DNA of 40,788 nt from Paraglomus brasilianum (Eukaryota), in contig CAJVPI010000229.1 in the NCBI GenBank assembly GCA_910592345.1, positions 1 through 40,788 on the forward strand, in the 5' to 3' direction. The number at the start of each line of letters is the position of its first letter. The first letter of the stretch is position 1. The notes under the pieces were generated by a model. The model had not been told where the DNA came from. It did not search any database and worked only from the letters and a program-made list of their open reading frames with translations. Made by a program: the position numbers and the translations under genes. Positions 1 to 12,300 of this stretch are shown in pieces.

Positions 1-445
1 GCACCGGAAGTCTTCCATACTCGCAAATTTACTCAAGAATCAGATGTGTATTCTTTTGGTATTATTATGCATTTGATTGCTACTGGTGAACCACCTTTTA
101 GAGATAGGCAGTTCGATAGAGATTTAGCATGCGATATTATGGACGGACTACGACCATCGATGCCTGATTCCGCACCAGAGGAATACAAGAAGCTTGCCGA
201 GCGGTGTTGTGATGCTGATCCTGATAAGCGTCCAGATGCAGAGACGATTCGGGATGATATTAAGGAGTTTATTTGGAAGACCAGATATCATAATGATGTA
301 AAACCCTTATCACGCCTCGAGAGAAATAGCTATGATATGGATTCAGCTGCAGGTATGGTTGCACGTTGGTACAAATAAAGTTAATTTACAATATTAATAT
401 TATTGCATTTCTTATAATTTAGAGACTCAAACTCTTTTTGAATAA
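1..445 (+). CDS. C-terminal part of a tyrosine-kinase-like (TKL) protein kinase, 5'-truncated by the window edge
   Basis: Frame from base 1 reads APEVFHTRKFTQESDVYSFGIIM...TGEPPF...CCDADPDKRP (kinase subdomains VIII-XI). Probable intron 353-422 (gtatgg...ttag), then ETQTLFE* ending 445; unspliced stop at 378. Confidence 0.85.
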
Positions 446-960
446 ACTAGTAATTCAACGGGCTTATTTACAGTTATACGAGTTTTATTCAAAGGTTTGC
501 TCCTATTCGAATTATACCATGTCAGCAAGTATATGCTGTACTTGGCAAGCATGGTTTTGCGTCGAGAGTGGAGACAAGTTCGATCCCACTACAATGGAAT
601 GTTCTCAAGATGATGATGGAGAGGATAAAACGCAAGTTGGTCGGAGTAATATTTAGAGGCAGTCCACCTGAGACCGGGTTTTTCCAGTGATTGGAGGATT
701 TTTTTAACAAACGGTAATATTGATTATTATTGTGGAGAAAGTGACCGCTCACAACATAAAGATCGAGAGATTAAAAAGAAATTTCTAGAATTTTTTTACT
801 ACCATAAGGTTGACTACAATAATAAATAACAAAGTCACGCACCTAAAGTACTTCCTTTACACTCCCTCCTCTTACACTCCCTTTATTCTTTTACTCCAAA
901 AACGCTACACGTAAATATGCCTAACACCTGACCTCGACCGGTGCTATAGAGGAATTTAAG

Positions 961-1465
961 TCGAAAAGTACAGTATATAATGGGTTGACTAAACAGCAAC
1001 ACTAAACTTTTCGAGGTGTACCTTTCTCCCTGATATTCGTTGTTGAAGTTGCAGACATATCAAAAAGTTCAAATTTCCGAAAACTGTTTATTTTGCATCA
1101 GAATCGAGCGTACAAGTTGTATGGTTGATAGATCCTGTGAACAAAGAAATTCATGTATATAGGAGAGGTATGAGGCGCTGTTCGTGGGGTGGAGAGACAT
1201 TGGCGATGGTGCTGTTTTACCTTGTTGTTTTATCTCATTACTACTTTTTATGCTTGTCGTTTATTATATTTTTGTGATTATTTACAGGATTCAAGTTCAC
1301 AAGAGTCGGAAAAAGCAGGTTTGGGAAGCTCAAATCGGTCAAAAATGTCGGTATCTTCAATTGGACCAGAAAATTCAAACGAGTCAGAAATCAAATGTCC
1401 GATAATGACTATAATTTTATGATGCATTGTGAAGATAAACACACGCTTATTACGACGAATTAGGA
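961..1465 (+). pseudogene. Degenerate Uma2/DUF820-like putative endonuclease gene with a possible C2H2-like tail
   Basis: Across three frames: YNGLTKQQH*TFRGVPFSLIFVVEVADIS / YFASESSVQVVWLIDPVNKEIHVYRR / GWRDIGDGAVLP. FVVEV, WLIDP and DGxVLP are Uma2-family motifs. One stop and at least two frameshifts. Tail EIKCP...FMMHCEDKH. Confidence 0.65.
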
Positions 1466-1964
1466 ATCGATAAATAAAATAGTTAATTTTTTTGGTTGCA
1501 ATCATCTATGCATCACATCTTTCAGTTAAACTTCTCGGATTAAAGAAATTAGAATATTCTGCACATGAATTACTGTAGTTATGCTAGATCATGTATCTGA
1601 TGTTAATTCACATTGTTGGCTTATCAGAAATAAATTTTGCTTTCTATATCCAAACATGTCATCAGAGTTGTGAGTCATTATAATCTTGAGGCAGAGAATG
1701 CCAAGGTTAAGATTGAAAGCTGAAACAGATTTTAGGATGTTTGAATATGCATTACAAGAATAGAACTATCATTAGAACAACAACTAATAATAATCCTTAG
1801 CCGAAAAATGTATCAATTATAAAATTCGACGCGTCTAATTAAGGAATCGTCCTAGTGAATGAATCCAATCAACAATCGTAGACGATAAATTTCGTAGTAT
1901 TTTATTTGATGTGAATATTATAAATTATTATTTGCTCAACAAACTACAACAATTTTTATCACTA

Positions 1965-2600
1965 CTCTAAGATGGCGAGCCAAGTAGGTGGGGCATATGG
2001 CGCTTAAATATCTGTTACACTAACAATCTCACTTAAACCCCCTTGGTTTAGGATGCTCCGTAATTCCCAACAGAATTAGCGGGGCCAAAGTCGAACCTTC
2101 GGTGCCAATGTTGTATCGGATCGCCGACCTGTATGGTATTTATAGTGCAGCGTCCAACTTTCGAATATCAACCTTAGTGATTGGTGTAGGAACCACAATC
2201 AATGCATGGCGCGAGTCTGTTGATGTTGCGGGAACTTCTGCAATACTGTCAGCTACCGAATGTCCTGCATTAAATTGGTCTTCTCCAATTCCTCCTATTG
2301 AGGGTGTCATGCTATTATTGGGTATGAAAAGACTTACATTACCTTCGCATCTTAAAAATATAGCCAATCGCATCTTTTGTTTCAGTACGCGTAGCCGGTC
2401 GTCGATATGTCTTGTATTTACGTCTACGACAAAACCAGATTCCCAAAACCAATAATACAATAGCGGCAGCTCCAGGTATTGCTGTAATTAACCCTGTAGA
2501 TCCTTCAATTGTGGCCGAACTGAGACCCGTTTCTTCAGATATAACATCATACATTTTGAAAGTTTCCTTTTTTCTTCTCTCATTGGATAGAGCGGTAAAT
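1965..2600 (-). pseudogene. Fragment of a single-pass membrane protein (Ser/Thr-rich stalk, TM helix, basic stop-transfer)
   Basis: ORF 2339-2554 has GLITAIPGAAAIVLLVLGIWFC followed by RRRKYK. A downstream PYAPP segment near 1980-2003 is preceded by an in-frame stop. No clean gene model. Confidence 0.3.
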
Positions 2601-2926
2601 TATACCCAGACAATTTCGGTTTTCGGAGCTATAATAGATATTAGGTAAGTATAGTTTTCGATACATACTATAAAAACCCTGTCAGAGTATGCTTTGGATC
2701 CATACTAAACAAAATTCGATTAATCGCACATGTATCCAGGGGCATGGCTACACAAACGCTATGAGTATGACTGTGGGAATGTGTGCAAATGTGATATGAG
2801 AGATCGACTGTCCATAGTAAAATATGTTTAATCATTTATGGAATGTGTGTTTGTTAATGCGTAAATTGTCCTGATTTTATTACTCGATAGATAATCCGTG
2901 TCAATCATTGCTATAATTGTCAATAT

Positions 2927-3035
2927 TAGCGAGTGTTATGGTTATTAGAAAAATGAATTTTTGTAACCACAATCACATACTTGTTTGTATCATACAATAG
3001 CGAGTGTTATGGTTATTAGAAAAATGAATTTTTGT
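2927..3035. repeat. Two perfect 38-bp direct repeats (local tandem duplication)
   Basis: tagcgagtgttatggttattagaaaaatgaatttttgt at 2927-2964 and 2998-3035; both copies are followed by similar atacttgtt..tcata sequence. Confidence 0.9.
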
Positions 3036-3720
3036 GGGAAATACTTGTTGTCATAAGCGTGTCAAAGAATTATAAACATGTAAAGTTTCCACGGTTTCTA
3101 TCTTTACTGAAACTTTTGCATCAGCATAGTTTATTACAAGCGATTTTTCTTCCCCTCAAATATTCGAGTAATATTTTTACTTCCTCTCTTAATCCGCAAT
3201 ATGTGCTGCGAATGAAATTCAATCCCCATGATTGTAAATATGTTGGCAGATGTAACAATTCAGTACTTGCCTTGTATTCCGATAAAGGAATCTGTCCGAC
3301 CATCGCACAAAACTGTACACTGGTCAGTGTATTATGTGCGAATCAACAAAGCACGTCTAGCGTTCAATCCATAAATAGCGCAAAAACGCCAGAGCAGCTT
3401 GGCATTACAATTCGCGTGTGTTCAGGCCAACGTATGACAACTATGGGATTAATAAGTCTAATTGTTATTCAGACAAAAATCAATGGATTGCCTATTGTTT
3501 CAATGTCTCCAATAAAGGTTTACCATACAGAATCAAACTCCTAGAGGTACGACTAGAATATTACCAAATGTAGTAAACCATACATTTGGCTGACAAACCA
3601 AAGATAGCAAACGATAGTGGCAGAATTAACACTATGGTACATGAAAACTTGGACATATGGCGCGTTGTAACGAGTCAAGTTGTAAGGTGATATTAGACAA
3701 ATAACACAAGGGACGACGCT

Positions 3721-3730
3721 TATAAATAAA
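3721..3730 (+). promoter_or_regulatory. Candidate TATA box of the methyltransferase gene
   Basis: tataaataaa about 105 bp upstream of the ATG at 3826. Confidence 0.4.
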
Positions 3731-3825
3731 GCCCCCATCGTCCATGCTGAAAAGACACGCTCGAAGCAGATAACGCCCAAAGCAAACTAACACTCGAAGC
3801 AAATCCATTAAACGTTACTATCAAG

Positions 3826-4899
3826 ATGTCCGCCGCACCGTCCGAGAAAGCCCAAGCGTTCATGCAGAAGCTCGTCCAGACGCTCAATCACGGTGCGCTC
3901 TGTTTAATGATATCCATCGGTTACCGAACCGGTCTCTTTGACACACTTGCAGGATTCTACCCGGAATTTGTCACGTCGCAAGCACTCGCTTCAAAAGCCA
4001 ACCTCAACGAGCGCTATGTTAGGGAATGGCTAGGAGCCGTGGTAATCGGAGAAATCGTCGAATACAACAGCGAAGCAAAGACTTATAGGCTTCCCAAAGA
4101 ACATGCGCCATATCTTACCAGAGCGTTCGGGGCTGAAAATTATTCGATCTATTCGCAATATATCCCGATATTGGGATCAGTTGAAGATGGTATTATACAA
4201 TGCTTCAAGAACGGTGGCGGATTGCGAGAAGAAGCGTTTACCCGGTTCCACGAATTGATGGTTGACGAAACTCACCTAGCTGTTGGATCCGTGCTGCACA
4301 GCGTCGTTCTCCCCGGTCTGCCTCAATTGCATGACAAACTCAAGAGTGGAAGCAAACTGGTCGACGTCGGTTGCGGACGCGGCAAAATTATTCTTGACCT
4401 TGCCAAAACCTTCCCTAATAGTACTTTTGTTGGATACGATATCTCGGAACATCTTATAGCCGCTGCCAACGCTGATGTAGCTTCCTCCGGGCTCACTAAT
4501 ATTTCCTTCCGTGTACAAGATATCGCTCAGCTGCAAGAAGTCGGAGAATACGATGTCGTCCTCACAATTCACACTATACATGATCTAGCCGATCCAGCAG
4601 GTGCATTGAAGCGTATTCATGGTGCGTTGAAGGCTGATGGAGTGTTCGTTATGCAGGATGCTAGTTTTTCACATGAGCTTGAGAAGAACAAAAATCAAAT
4701 CTTTGGTGTGGGAGTCTATGCAGTTAGTACCATCCACTGTACGTCTGTGTCTTTGGCTGAAGGGGGTCCAGGTTTAGGAATGACATGGGGAACAGAGAAT
4801 GTTGTAAAATTGCTAAAGGAGACTGGATTTAGTAAGACTGAAGATATCATTGAGCTTCCTCATGATCCTAGTCGTGTCTGGTATGTCAGCTGGAAATAA
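3826..4899 (+). CDS. Intronless class I SAM-dependent methyltransferase with N-terminal winged helix (Rv2258c-like)
   Basis: Uninterrupted 357-aa ORF. LNERYVREWL (wHTH), SAM motif I VDVGCGRG, FVGYDIS, IHDLADP, LKADG, and family-typical YAVSTIHCTSVSLAEGGPGLGMTWG. Confidence 0.92.
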   Translation: MSAAPSEKAQAFMQKLVQTLNHGALCLMISIGYRTGLFDTLAGFYPEFVTSQALASKANLNERYVREWLGAVVIGEIVEYNSEAKTYRLPKEHAPYLTRAFGAENYSIYSQYIPILGSVEDGIIQCFKNGGGLREEAFTRFHELMVDETHLAVGSVLHSVVLPGLPQLHDKLKSGSKLVDVGCGRGKIILDLAKTFPNSTFVGYDISEHLIAAANADVASSGLTNISFRVQDIAQLQEVGEYDVVLTIHTIHDLADPAGALKRIHGALKADGVFVMQDASFSHELEKNKNQIFGVGVYAVSTIHCTSVSLAEGGPGLGMTWGTENVVKLLKETGFSKTEDIIELPHDPSRVWYVSWK

Positions 4900-6297
4900 T
4901 GATAAGGAAACAAAGTATACAATCCAGTTTAGTTACGATATGCTATTTATATCTTTCTTTTATGTATTATCGACTCGATTGTATTTGATTCACGACTGTC
5001 AAGTTGATTAAGTAGGATAATAAACTCATCTATATTGATCACAAGTCAAATATATTGCCACTTTGCTTATGGGAATTCGCTGTTTAATGTACGTGTGGGT
5101 AATATTTGTTAGAGATATGCAAGGGGTAATGATATAGAGTTAAGAGTCGGTCATAAAAAAGCATAGTAATAGTTACTCTGCTGCGATAACACTGTCCGTG
5201 CTCGTGTTACGTTCATCGAGTAACCATTATAAGGTATTTTTGGAAGGGTAATACCGTAAGAAAATGTATTGCTTCGCAACTACAGGCTGTTAATTACCTG
5301 TGCATCTTGATAATATAATGTGTAATTTCTTTAATGGGGACAAATTGTTACAAACACAGTGCAACTTCCCACAGTACAGTCAACGTATCACATACCTAAA
5401 TTAGAAAACGAGAAAACATATCGTCTTTAAAAATAAGGCAATAACTAACAGTATAATGAGTTTCCGGAAATGGAGCGTTGATTGAATGTCATCCCCCTTT
5501 TTTGAAACAAACAGAACAGACAATGTAAATCAACCCATTCTATTTTGTCTTGTAAAAATTCTCTTGCGCAACTTGTTAATTGACATTCAAACTTTCTATG
5601 TACATACAACAATACAACAATAGTGTTTCAGTGGTGGAATGAGACAGTAGGAAAAAACCAACTTTTTATAATATTTGATCGTAAGACGTAATTTATTCAA
5701 TGTATTGCCATAACTAAACCAGAAGAAGTTTGGCTTTTTTAATAAATGCAGTCTTGATTTTGTTTACGACTATATAACCATAAGACATTTATTACGTTTT
5801 GCATTGTTTAATGAATTCTTTTATTGAAAGCAAGGGTTCAGGAAACTACAATTAAAGAAGCAACCTCTTGAATAGCTTGCTCTATTACTGTGATAATATT
5901 GCTGCAATCCTTTACGTTTTAGGTTACTTCTGAGGTGGGCCATCTTCAATTGCTAACAGCTATTTGTTCCTTTCGTATTTCACTAATTGTGGACAGAAAT
6001 GATACAGAAAAATTATGATCAGTCAGAATTTCAGCGAATTTGAACCGATTGTCAGGTTCTAAAATGTATCATCGTTCCGCGACTCGCTTTTTTAAATGCG
6101 CGACACAAGAAAGCCGCGCGTGATAGCCCTGTAACAAAATATCGATGTCTTCGAACGAGTCGGTAAATCAAAATGTAAGGCACACGAAAACCATTTCTAC
6201 TTACCTAGCAATTCCAACCAATGGGGAACAGTAGTTTTAACTTTAAATTTTCGTATCCACAGTAGTGGTTGACATATCCCTTTTACACTTTTTCGCA

Positions 6298-9200
6298 ATG
6301 TCTACAGAGACTCTACCCCTTCCCCTTCCTTACCAGTCTCAAATTCTCACAGACATTCTTTCCACTTCTGCTTTCTTGATTCTCGCTAGGGGATTAGGAA
6401 TTCGCCGGATAATGTGCGCAGTAATGAAATTATATTCCAGGCCCGAGACTTTAGTGATACTGTTGAATACTCCGACAGGCGAGGAAGAGTATATTAAGGA
6501 AGAATTATTGGGAATGGGTGTTGGCAGGCCTGGATTGAGAATTGTCAATAATGAACTAAGTGCAAAGGAAAGGTTGGTTGTAAAAAAAAAAAATAGGAAC
6601 GGAGAATTGTAGCGGTTGATCTTCCTAATGATGATTAAACGATTGATTATACCGTGTCAATTTTTATGATCATTTCTTTTTACATTGCGAATTTCTTTAT
6701 CCTTCTCAACGAATTAGAACTGAACTCTATTTATCGGGTGGAATATTCTCGGTTACATCTCGTATCTTTATAGTAGATATATTGACTAAACGAATATCAG
6801 TCGAAAAGATCACAGGAATAATAGTCAACCATGCTGAGAGGTGACGACCCGGATTATTCTTTTACTTGTCAGTTATGAACACATTTCGTTTAAGACGTTT
6901 GTGGGCGTTATAGAGTGACGGAGACTTCTACTGAAGCATTCATTCTGAGGATATTTCGACAAGAGAATGAGGTGACATGTTCGAACTAGAGTCGATTTTG
7001 TATTGCATATTCATCGACAGCGATGAATAAACCCAATCATTCGTTATTACAGAATGGTTTTATCAAGGCCTTTTCGGATTCACCAGAGGCCTTTGTGACT
7101 GGGTTCTCACCTCTTCAGACTACAATGCAGTGTCTTCAGCTTCGAACAGTCTTTATTTGGCCACGGTAACAAATTGTCTTGTTTTAATCGCGTCTGTTGA
7201 CCACGTAATTCTAATTCTGATAATCTGTTAGTTTTCACGTTACAGTGAGAGAAAGCCTTGAAAGTCGCAAGGCAGACGTTGTGGAATTGTTACAACCGTT
7301 GTCAGATAACATGACTCACATCCAATCTGCTATCGTGGAATGCATGGAAGCGTGTTTATCCGAGTTGAAAAAGGCAAACAGATCCGTAAGTGTTTTAGCT
7401 ACGAATGTGCCATAACGAACACGTTTTATTTGTTTGCATGACTATCATTTGTTCATGTCATTTTCTTTACTTGTGACAGATAGATGTTGAAGAATTGACA
7501 ATAGAAAACGCGATGTTTCGCTCATTTGATAGATTAGTGCGACACCAGCTAGATCCAATATGGCATCGTGTTAGCAGTAAAACTAAACAGATGATTGGAG
7601 ACCTTAATGTCTTGCGTAAATTATTATCGTAAGTAGGAAACCTATGTGAATATTGAACGAGTTTTCACGTCGAATGATGGCTGACGTTATCTTCTGGTAT
7701 GAATCTTGTAGGTATCTTGTTACTTACGATTGCGTTACGTTTAATAGTTTTTTGGAAATGATTATTGCAAGTAACACTCCAACGTCTGTTATGTCTCAGC
7801 AACAATCGCCATGGCTATTCACCGATTCTGCCAATGCTATATTTACTGTACGTGCACAAGCCATTCTTTACGTTAAATGTGGAGCTACCGTTATTTATCA
7901 AAGATCTATTCAATTTAATCCTCTGCAGCTTGCCAAAGAGCGTGTATATATCCGAAAAGCAAATGCAGACAAAGATTCATCAAAATCGAGCGATAATTTT
8001 GACTTTCCTCCATCCGTCGAACCGATTCTTGAGGAACTACCGAAATGGAGGCTGTTGAGCGACGTCTTATATGAGATAGAACATGAAACGGAAGCAATCA
8101 ACGCAAAAAATGTTGATGACAGTAAGAATGAGATTTTTTATTTTTTACTTGAACTGTTCACCACCAAATGCAATATATTCACTACATAAATCATATAGGC
8201 GATAAATCAAACGTAATTTTAATAATGGCTGGATCTGAACGCACATGCTCACAATTACGTGAATATTTAACTGCTACGAACCATGGGCAGCATAACGTAG
8301 GCGGGAGCAATCCCATACTTAAAGATTTACTCCGCAATTATTTCAGATGGAAAGGTGCCATCCCCAATGTTAGCGAGAAATTATTTAAGGAAGATGATAA
8401 GATAGCGAGTGACAATACGACAGAGACCGGCGAAGGAGGTAGGAAAGAGAAAGTCAATGGTAATGAACCAGATAATGGCGCGTCGGTGGAGTCTGAATTA
8501 ATCGACCATTTTTGTACTCCTTAGGTATTAAACAGAAATACCATCGAGGACAGCCACCACCAAACAAAAGGCGACGTGTACGGGGAGGTTCTTCTACAGC
8601 TGCGTCATCATCTCGACCCGCACCCTCCACTATCGAAGAAGAAACAAAAGAAATTGTCTCATTGTATGGTATTGTTCATTCAATTCGCCTTCACCAGCTT
8701 TCTTAACCTCGAGGCTATATTAAATCTCTATTAATTATAAAGTTTAAGCTCTGGCACAGCACCAACAGACACTTCACCTTCACACCATTCTTCATACTAT
8801 AATGACGAATTCGATGCAGAAGCGTTCGCACAATATTTCGACGTGATCTCACCCGATTCGTTAGTCATTATTCGTCCATACTCGAATGACGATGATGATC
8901 GGTTATTGGAAACGGTGAAGCCAAAGTTTATTGTGATGTATCAACCCGATATCGGTTTTGTGCGGCGTGTTGAGGTACTTGTATGACTTGAGTGGCAGAG
9001 GAGGGAACGTGTTTGATCTTTTGATTGCAGTTTGAGAGAACATCGTGTGAATGCATAACAGGTCTTTCGTGCCTCAAATCCCGGACGAAATACTCGAGTT
9101 TATTTTCTGATGTACGAAAACTCAGTTGAAGAACAGTTATACTTGAGTAGTATAAGGAGGGAAAAGGAAGCGTTTGAGAAAATAATTAGAGAAAAGTCGG

Positions 9201-10382
9201 TGAGTACCCAGCACTTTACCTGGTATCTTGGGTTACTTACTAATTGTGGATATAAATAGATAATGGCAATTCCACTCGGACAAAGTGCTGCCAAATCTAT
9301 TGGCCCAGATGACGCGTTTCTCCGAACCACCAACACTCGCGTTGCTGGCGGACGTTTGCCTCTTAATTACGAAACCAAAGTAAATTTGAATTCACTTTCT
9401 ATCTGATGCATTGTTCTGACATCTACAGTATAAATAACTTACCGTGCTTGCCTACTTTGTTAATATCACGATTAACAGGTGATTGTTGATGTTCGTGAAT
9501 TTCGTAGTTCACTTCCTTCAATTCTTCACGCACGCGGAGTGACAATTGTCCCGTGCACTCTCCAAGTAGGTGATTACATTCTCTCGCCTAGGATGTGTGT
9601 TGAGAGAAAGAGCGTGTCAGACTTGGTAGGGTCTCTGAATTCTGGCAGATTGTAAGTATGGTAATCGAGCAGACGACAAGGGTTGGAGAGTTTGTGAGAT
9701 TCAGATTACTACAGTATCAGGTAGTAAATGATTGTATTTAGATATACCCAATGTGAAGCAATGTCAATGTATTACAAAGAGCCAGTATTATTGATCGAGT
9801 TTGACCAAAATAAGGCCTTCACTTTGCAGGTAAGTATATCAGGATGCAATACGTTTATGAGGTTATACAATATTATTAATCCATCTTTACAATGACAAAA
9901 GGGAATCAGCGATATGAAAGCTGACATTGGGGTGACTGATCTCTCTTCAAAGCTTGTTCTCCTCACACTCGCATTCCCGCGTCTTGCAATTATCTGGTCT
10001 TCTAGTCCCTATGCTACGGTTGAAATATTTGAAGATTTGAAAGTACGCACCGTCTCGTTTTTAAAGTCTGTTATATTCACTGTACGACAAGTCTAATCGT
10101 TATGGCTATTCGTAGAAATCCCATGAAGAACCCGACGCTGAAAAGGCTATGGCAATCGGAGTAGAAGAAGGAGAGGAAACCGATTCCATGTATAATGCGA
10201 ATTCTCAGGATGTCTTGCGTGCTCTACCCGGGATTACATCCAAAAACTATAAACGTGTCATGACGCAAGTGGAAAATTTAAAAGAGTTGAGTGAAATGAC
10301 ACTGGAACAGTGTCAGAAACTAATCGGAGATAATAATGGGAAGATGCTGTATGAGTTTTTCAGAAACAATGTTAAGGACTAA
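6298..10382 (+). CDS. RAD1: DNA repair endonuclease XPF/ERCC4 (RAD1, S. pombe rad16), multi-exon
   Basis: Spliced exons give [62 protein letters not shown], nuclease [13 protein letters not shown] and [19 protein letters not shown], and HhH2 LRALPGIT. All introns GT-AG. Confidence 0.96.
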
Positions 10383-11354
10383 GAATGAATGTGGTTTGGA
10401 ATTCAGACTTTAAGTTACAATAGTATGTATTCAAATGCCGAATAGGATGTATGTTGACTATGAGGGGAACATGAGAATCCGAATGAGACCAAGCCTAGCA
10501 ATATAGACAGAGGGCGAGCCAAAGAGTTGTTGAGATTTAATGATTAAGTAACTAGACTGACTAGCTGTAAAGTGTCTTTCCAAATTTCAATTAATATTTA
10601 GTATTATAGGTTACATTGTCCCATCGCATTGTCTGTCTTTCAATGCTGATACCATTGAACCATTTGTCCGAGATTTGTTTCTGTTTCTATTCCATGTGCC
10701 AATAATAAAAACCAGACAAAGTGGACATTTTATTAACATTTGATTATACTATGTGATAACATCGAAACGGGTTGGAATGGTCAAATCCCAGAACATCTTA
10801 TATAAAAATATAATATGAAACTAATTTATATCAAATCCACCATTACTATTAGAAGCATTCTAAAGAAAGCTCAAGGAGAAAAAAATTGCTTTGTATGTTT
10901 TTAAAATCAATGATTATGATACCCAAACTCTCCAGATAAAGAAAAAAGATAATAAACAATAAACAAGCATTATTATAATAATTATGCCAACTTATGATGA
11001 ACCAATCAATTTTTTTAAAAGTGAATAATAACATTTACATTGTTCTTATTATTTTTAAAAATTTTTTTTATTTAACACAAGTTCAAGACATGAATAAAAT
11101 TTTGAGCAAGTTGATAAAAAACAAATGTAAAAGCTTTTTTACATTAACAGATTAGATTATATCAGACAAAAATTATATTTTTCGACTTGCACAAGTCTAA
11201 AAACGCGAACATCTTATAGTAAATTTGAGACTGCTATTATTATTATAAATTTATAGTCAATCCAAATCTCACTGAGATTATTAAAATGCAAATATAAAAA
11301 CAAGGGTATTTTTAATCATGCCTGACATATTAAGTAAATAAGAAAAGTAATAAT

Positions 11355-11641
11355 ACATTTACATATTAAATTACTATAATATACTAATACAGTGAACATA
11401 TATCTTCCACTGCAGTACAAGCCCAGTAAGTAAATTGACATACATGGAAGGATATATAGTAATAGCAATAGTATTTAATTCATTTAATTGAAGAGCCCAA
11501 TGTTACATTTACATATTAATATGACTATAATTACAATATACAGTGAAACATATCCCCCAGTAATAAGTAAGTAAATTGACATACATGGATATATAGTAAT
11601 AGTAATAGTATTTAATTCATTTAATTGAAAAGCCCAATGTT
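11355..11641. repeat. Imperfect tandem duplication (about 150 bp + 137 bp), AT-rich
   Basis: Copies 11355-11504 and 11505-11641 both start acatttacatattaa, share agtaagtaaattgacatacatgga and end aatagtatttaattcatttaattgaa(g/a)agcccaatgtt. Confidence 0.9.
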
Positions 11642-12300
11642 CTCCATTTCTCACAAAGCCTGTCTTTGAATGGCTTGTTAATACTTAGGTACGATGTGGT
11701 CAGTGTATGTCGGAGTGACGATAAGTCACGAGTTGTCGTCAGATCTCTAAATCAAAACACCAGCGTCGGCCGGATCTTCTGCTCACTGTAGCCAAATTGT
11801 ATCTAGCCAATCTCTCATCCATCCATCCGTTTTTTTTTCATTCTAATGACAGATAATGGCCCTTAGGTATTCTCTTTCCCTTGAAAATAACCATTATTGC
11901 CCGTTTTCTTCTTCGTTCAACGATGCAGCCTCTCGCTCCCCATTTTCTGCAGAAAGTATGGTTGGGAGTTTCGTTCCGTCAACAAACAACATGTTTATTA
12001 TATTTCCCAAGGTGTTATGAGATTCTTTGTACGTGATGACTTATAAAACCTCAATCAGTTGTTGTCTGTTGTGAAATTCCGACGAGATTGCTTAATAGTT
12101 CGATTTTCATATTGGTTTGTTGTTCGGCCAGGACTTTCGCTGCGTTGAATAGGAGGTCTATTGTAGTCAACGACGAGTCTTGAACCATACTTGAAAGAGT
12201 TGATAAAAAGAATAAGTGGTGAGAAAGGCGCGTTTTATTTATCAGGAGTTTACGTCTGGTTACTGCAATTACTGTTGTGAGCTAACGCGAGCTGATCTGA
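11641..12300 (-). mobile_element. Relic of a pogo/Tc5-type (DDE_1) DNA transposase
   Basis: Collinear minus-strand fragments: AVTRRK (~12255-12270), LGNIINM (~11990-12010), DGTKLP (~11963-11980), IFKGKRIPKG (~11859-11889), NGWMDE (~11815-11832), SINKPFKDRLCEKW (~11641-11685). Broken by indels and stops. Confidence 0.8.

Noticed and set aside
1600..1680. Minus-strand CTGATGA...GAAA (hammerhead core) or C/D boxes
   Set aside because: Stem II is weak with a mismatched closing pair, stems I/III are not convincing, and the C-D spacing is too short.
2927..3035. CRISPR-like geometry (38-bp repeats, 33-bp spacer)
   Set aside because: Only two copies, the spacer resembles the sequence after the second repeat, no cas genes, eukaryotic context. 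It is a plain tandem duplication.
3032..3544. 170-aa ORF
   Set aside because: TTG start inside a repeat, no recognisable motif and no splice support.
6197..6212. acttacct resembling the U1 snRNA 5' end
   Set aside because: No U1 stem-loops or Sm site follow.
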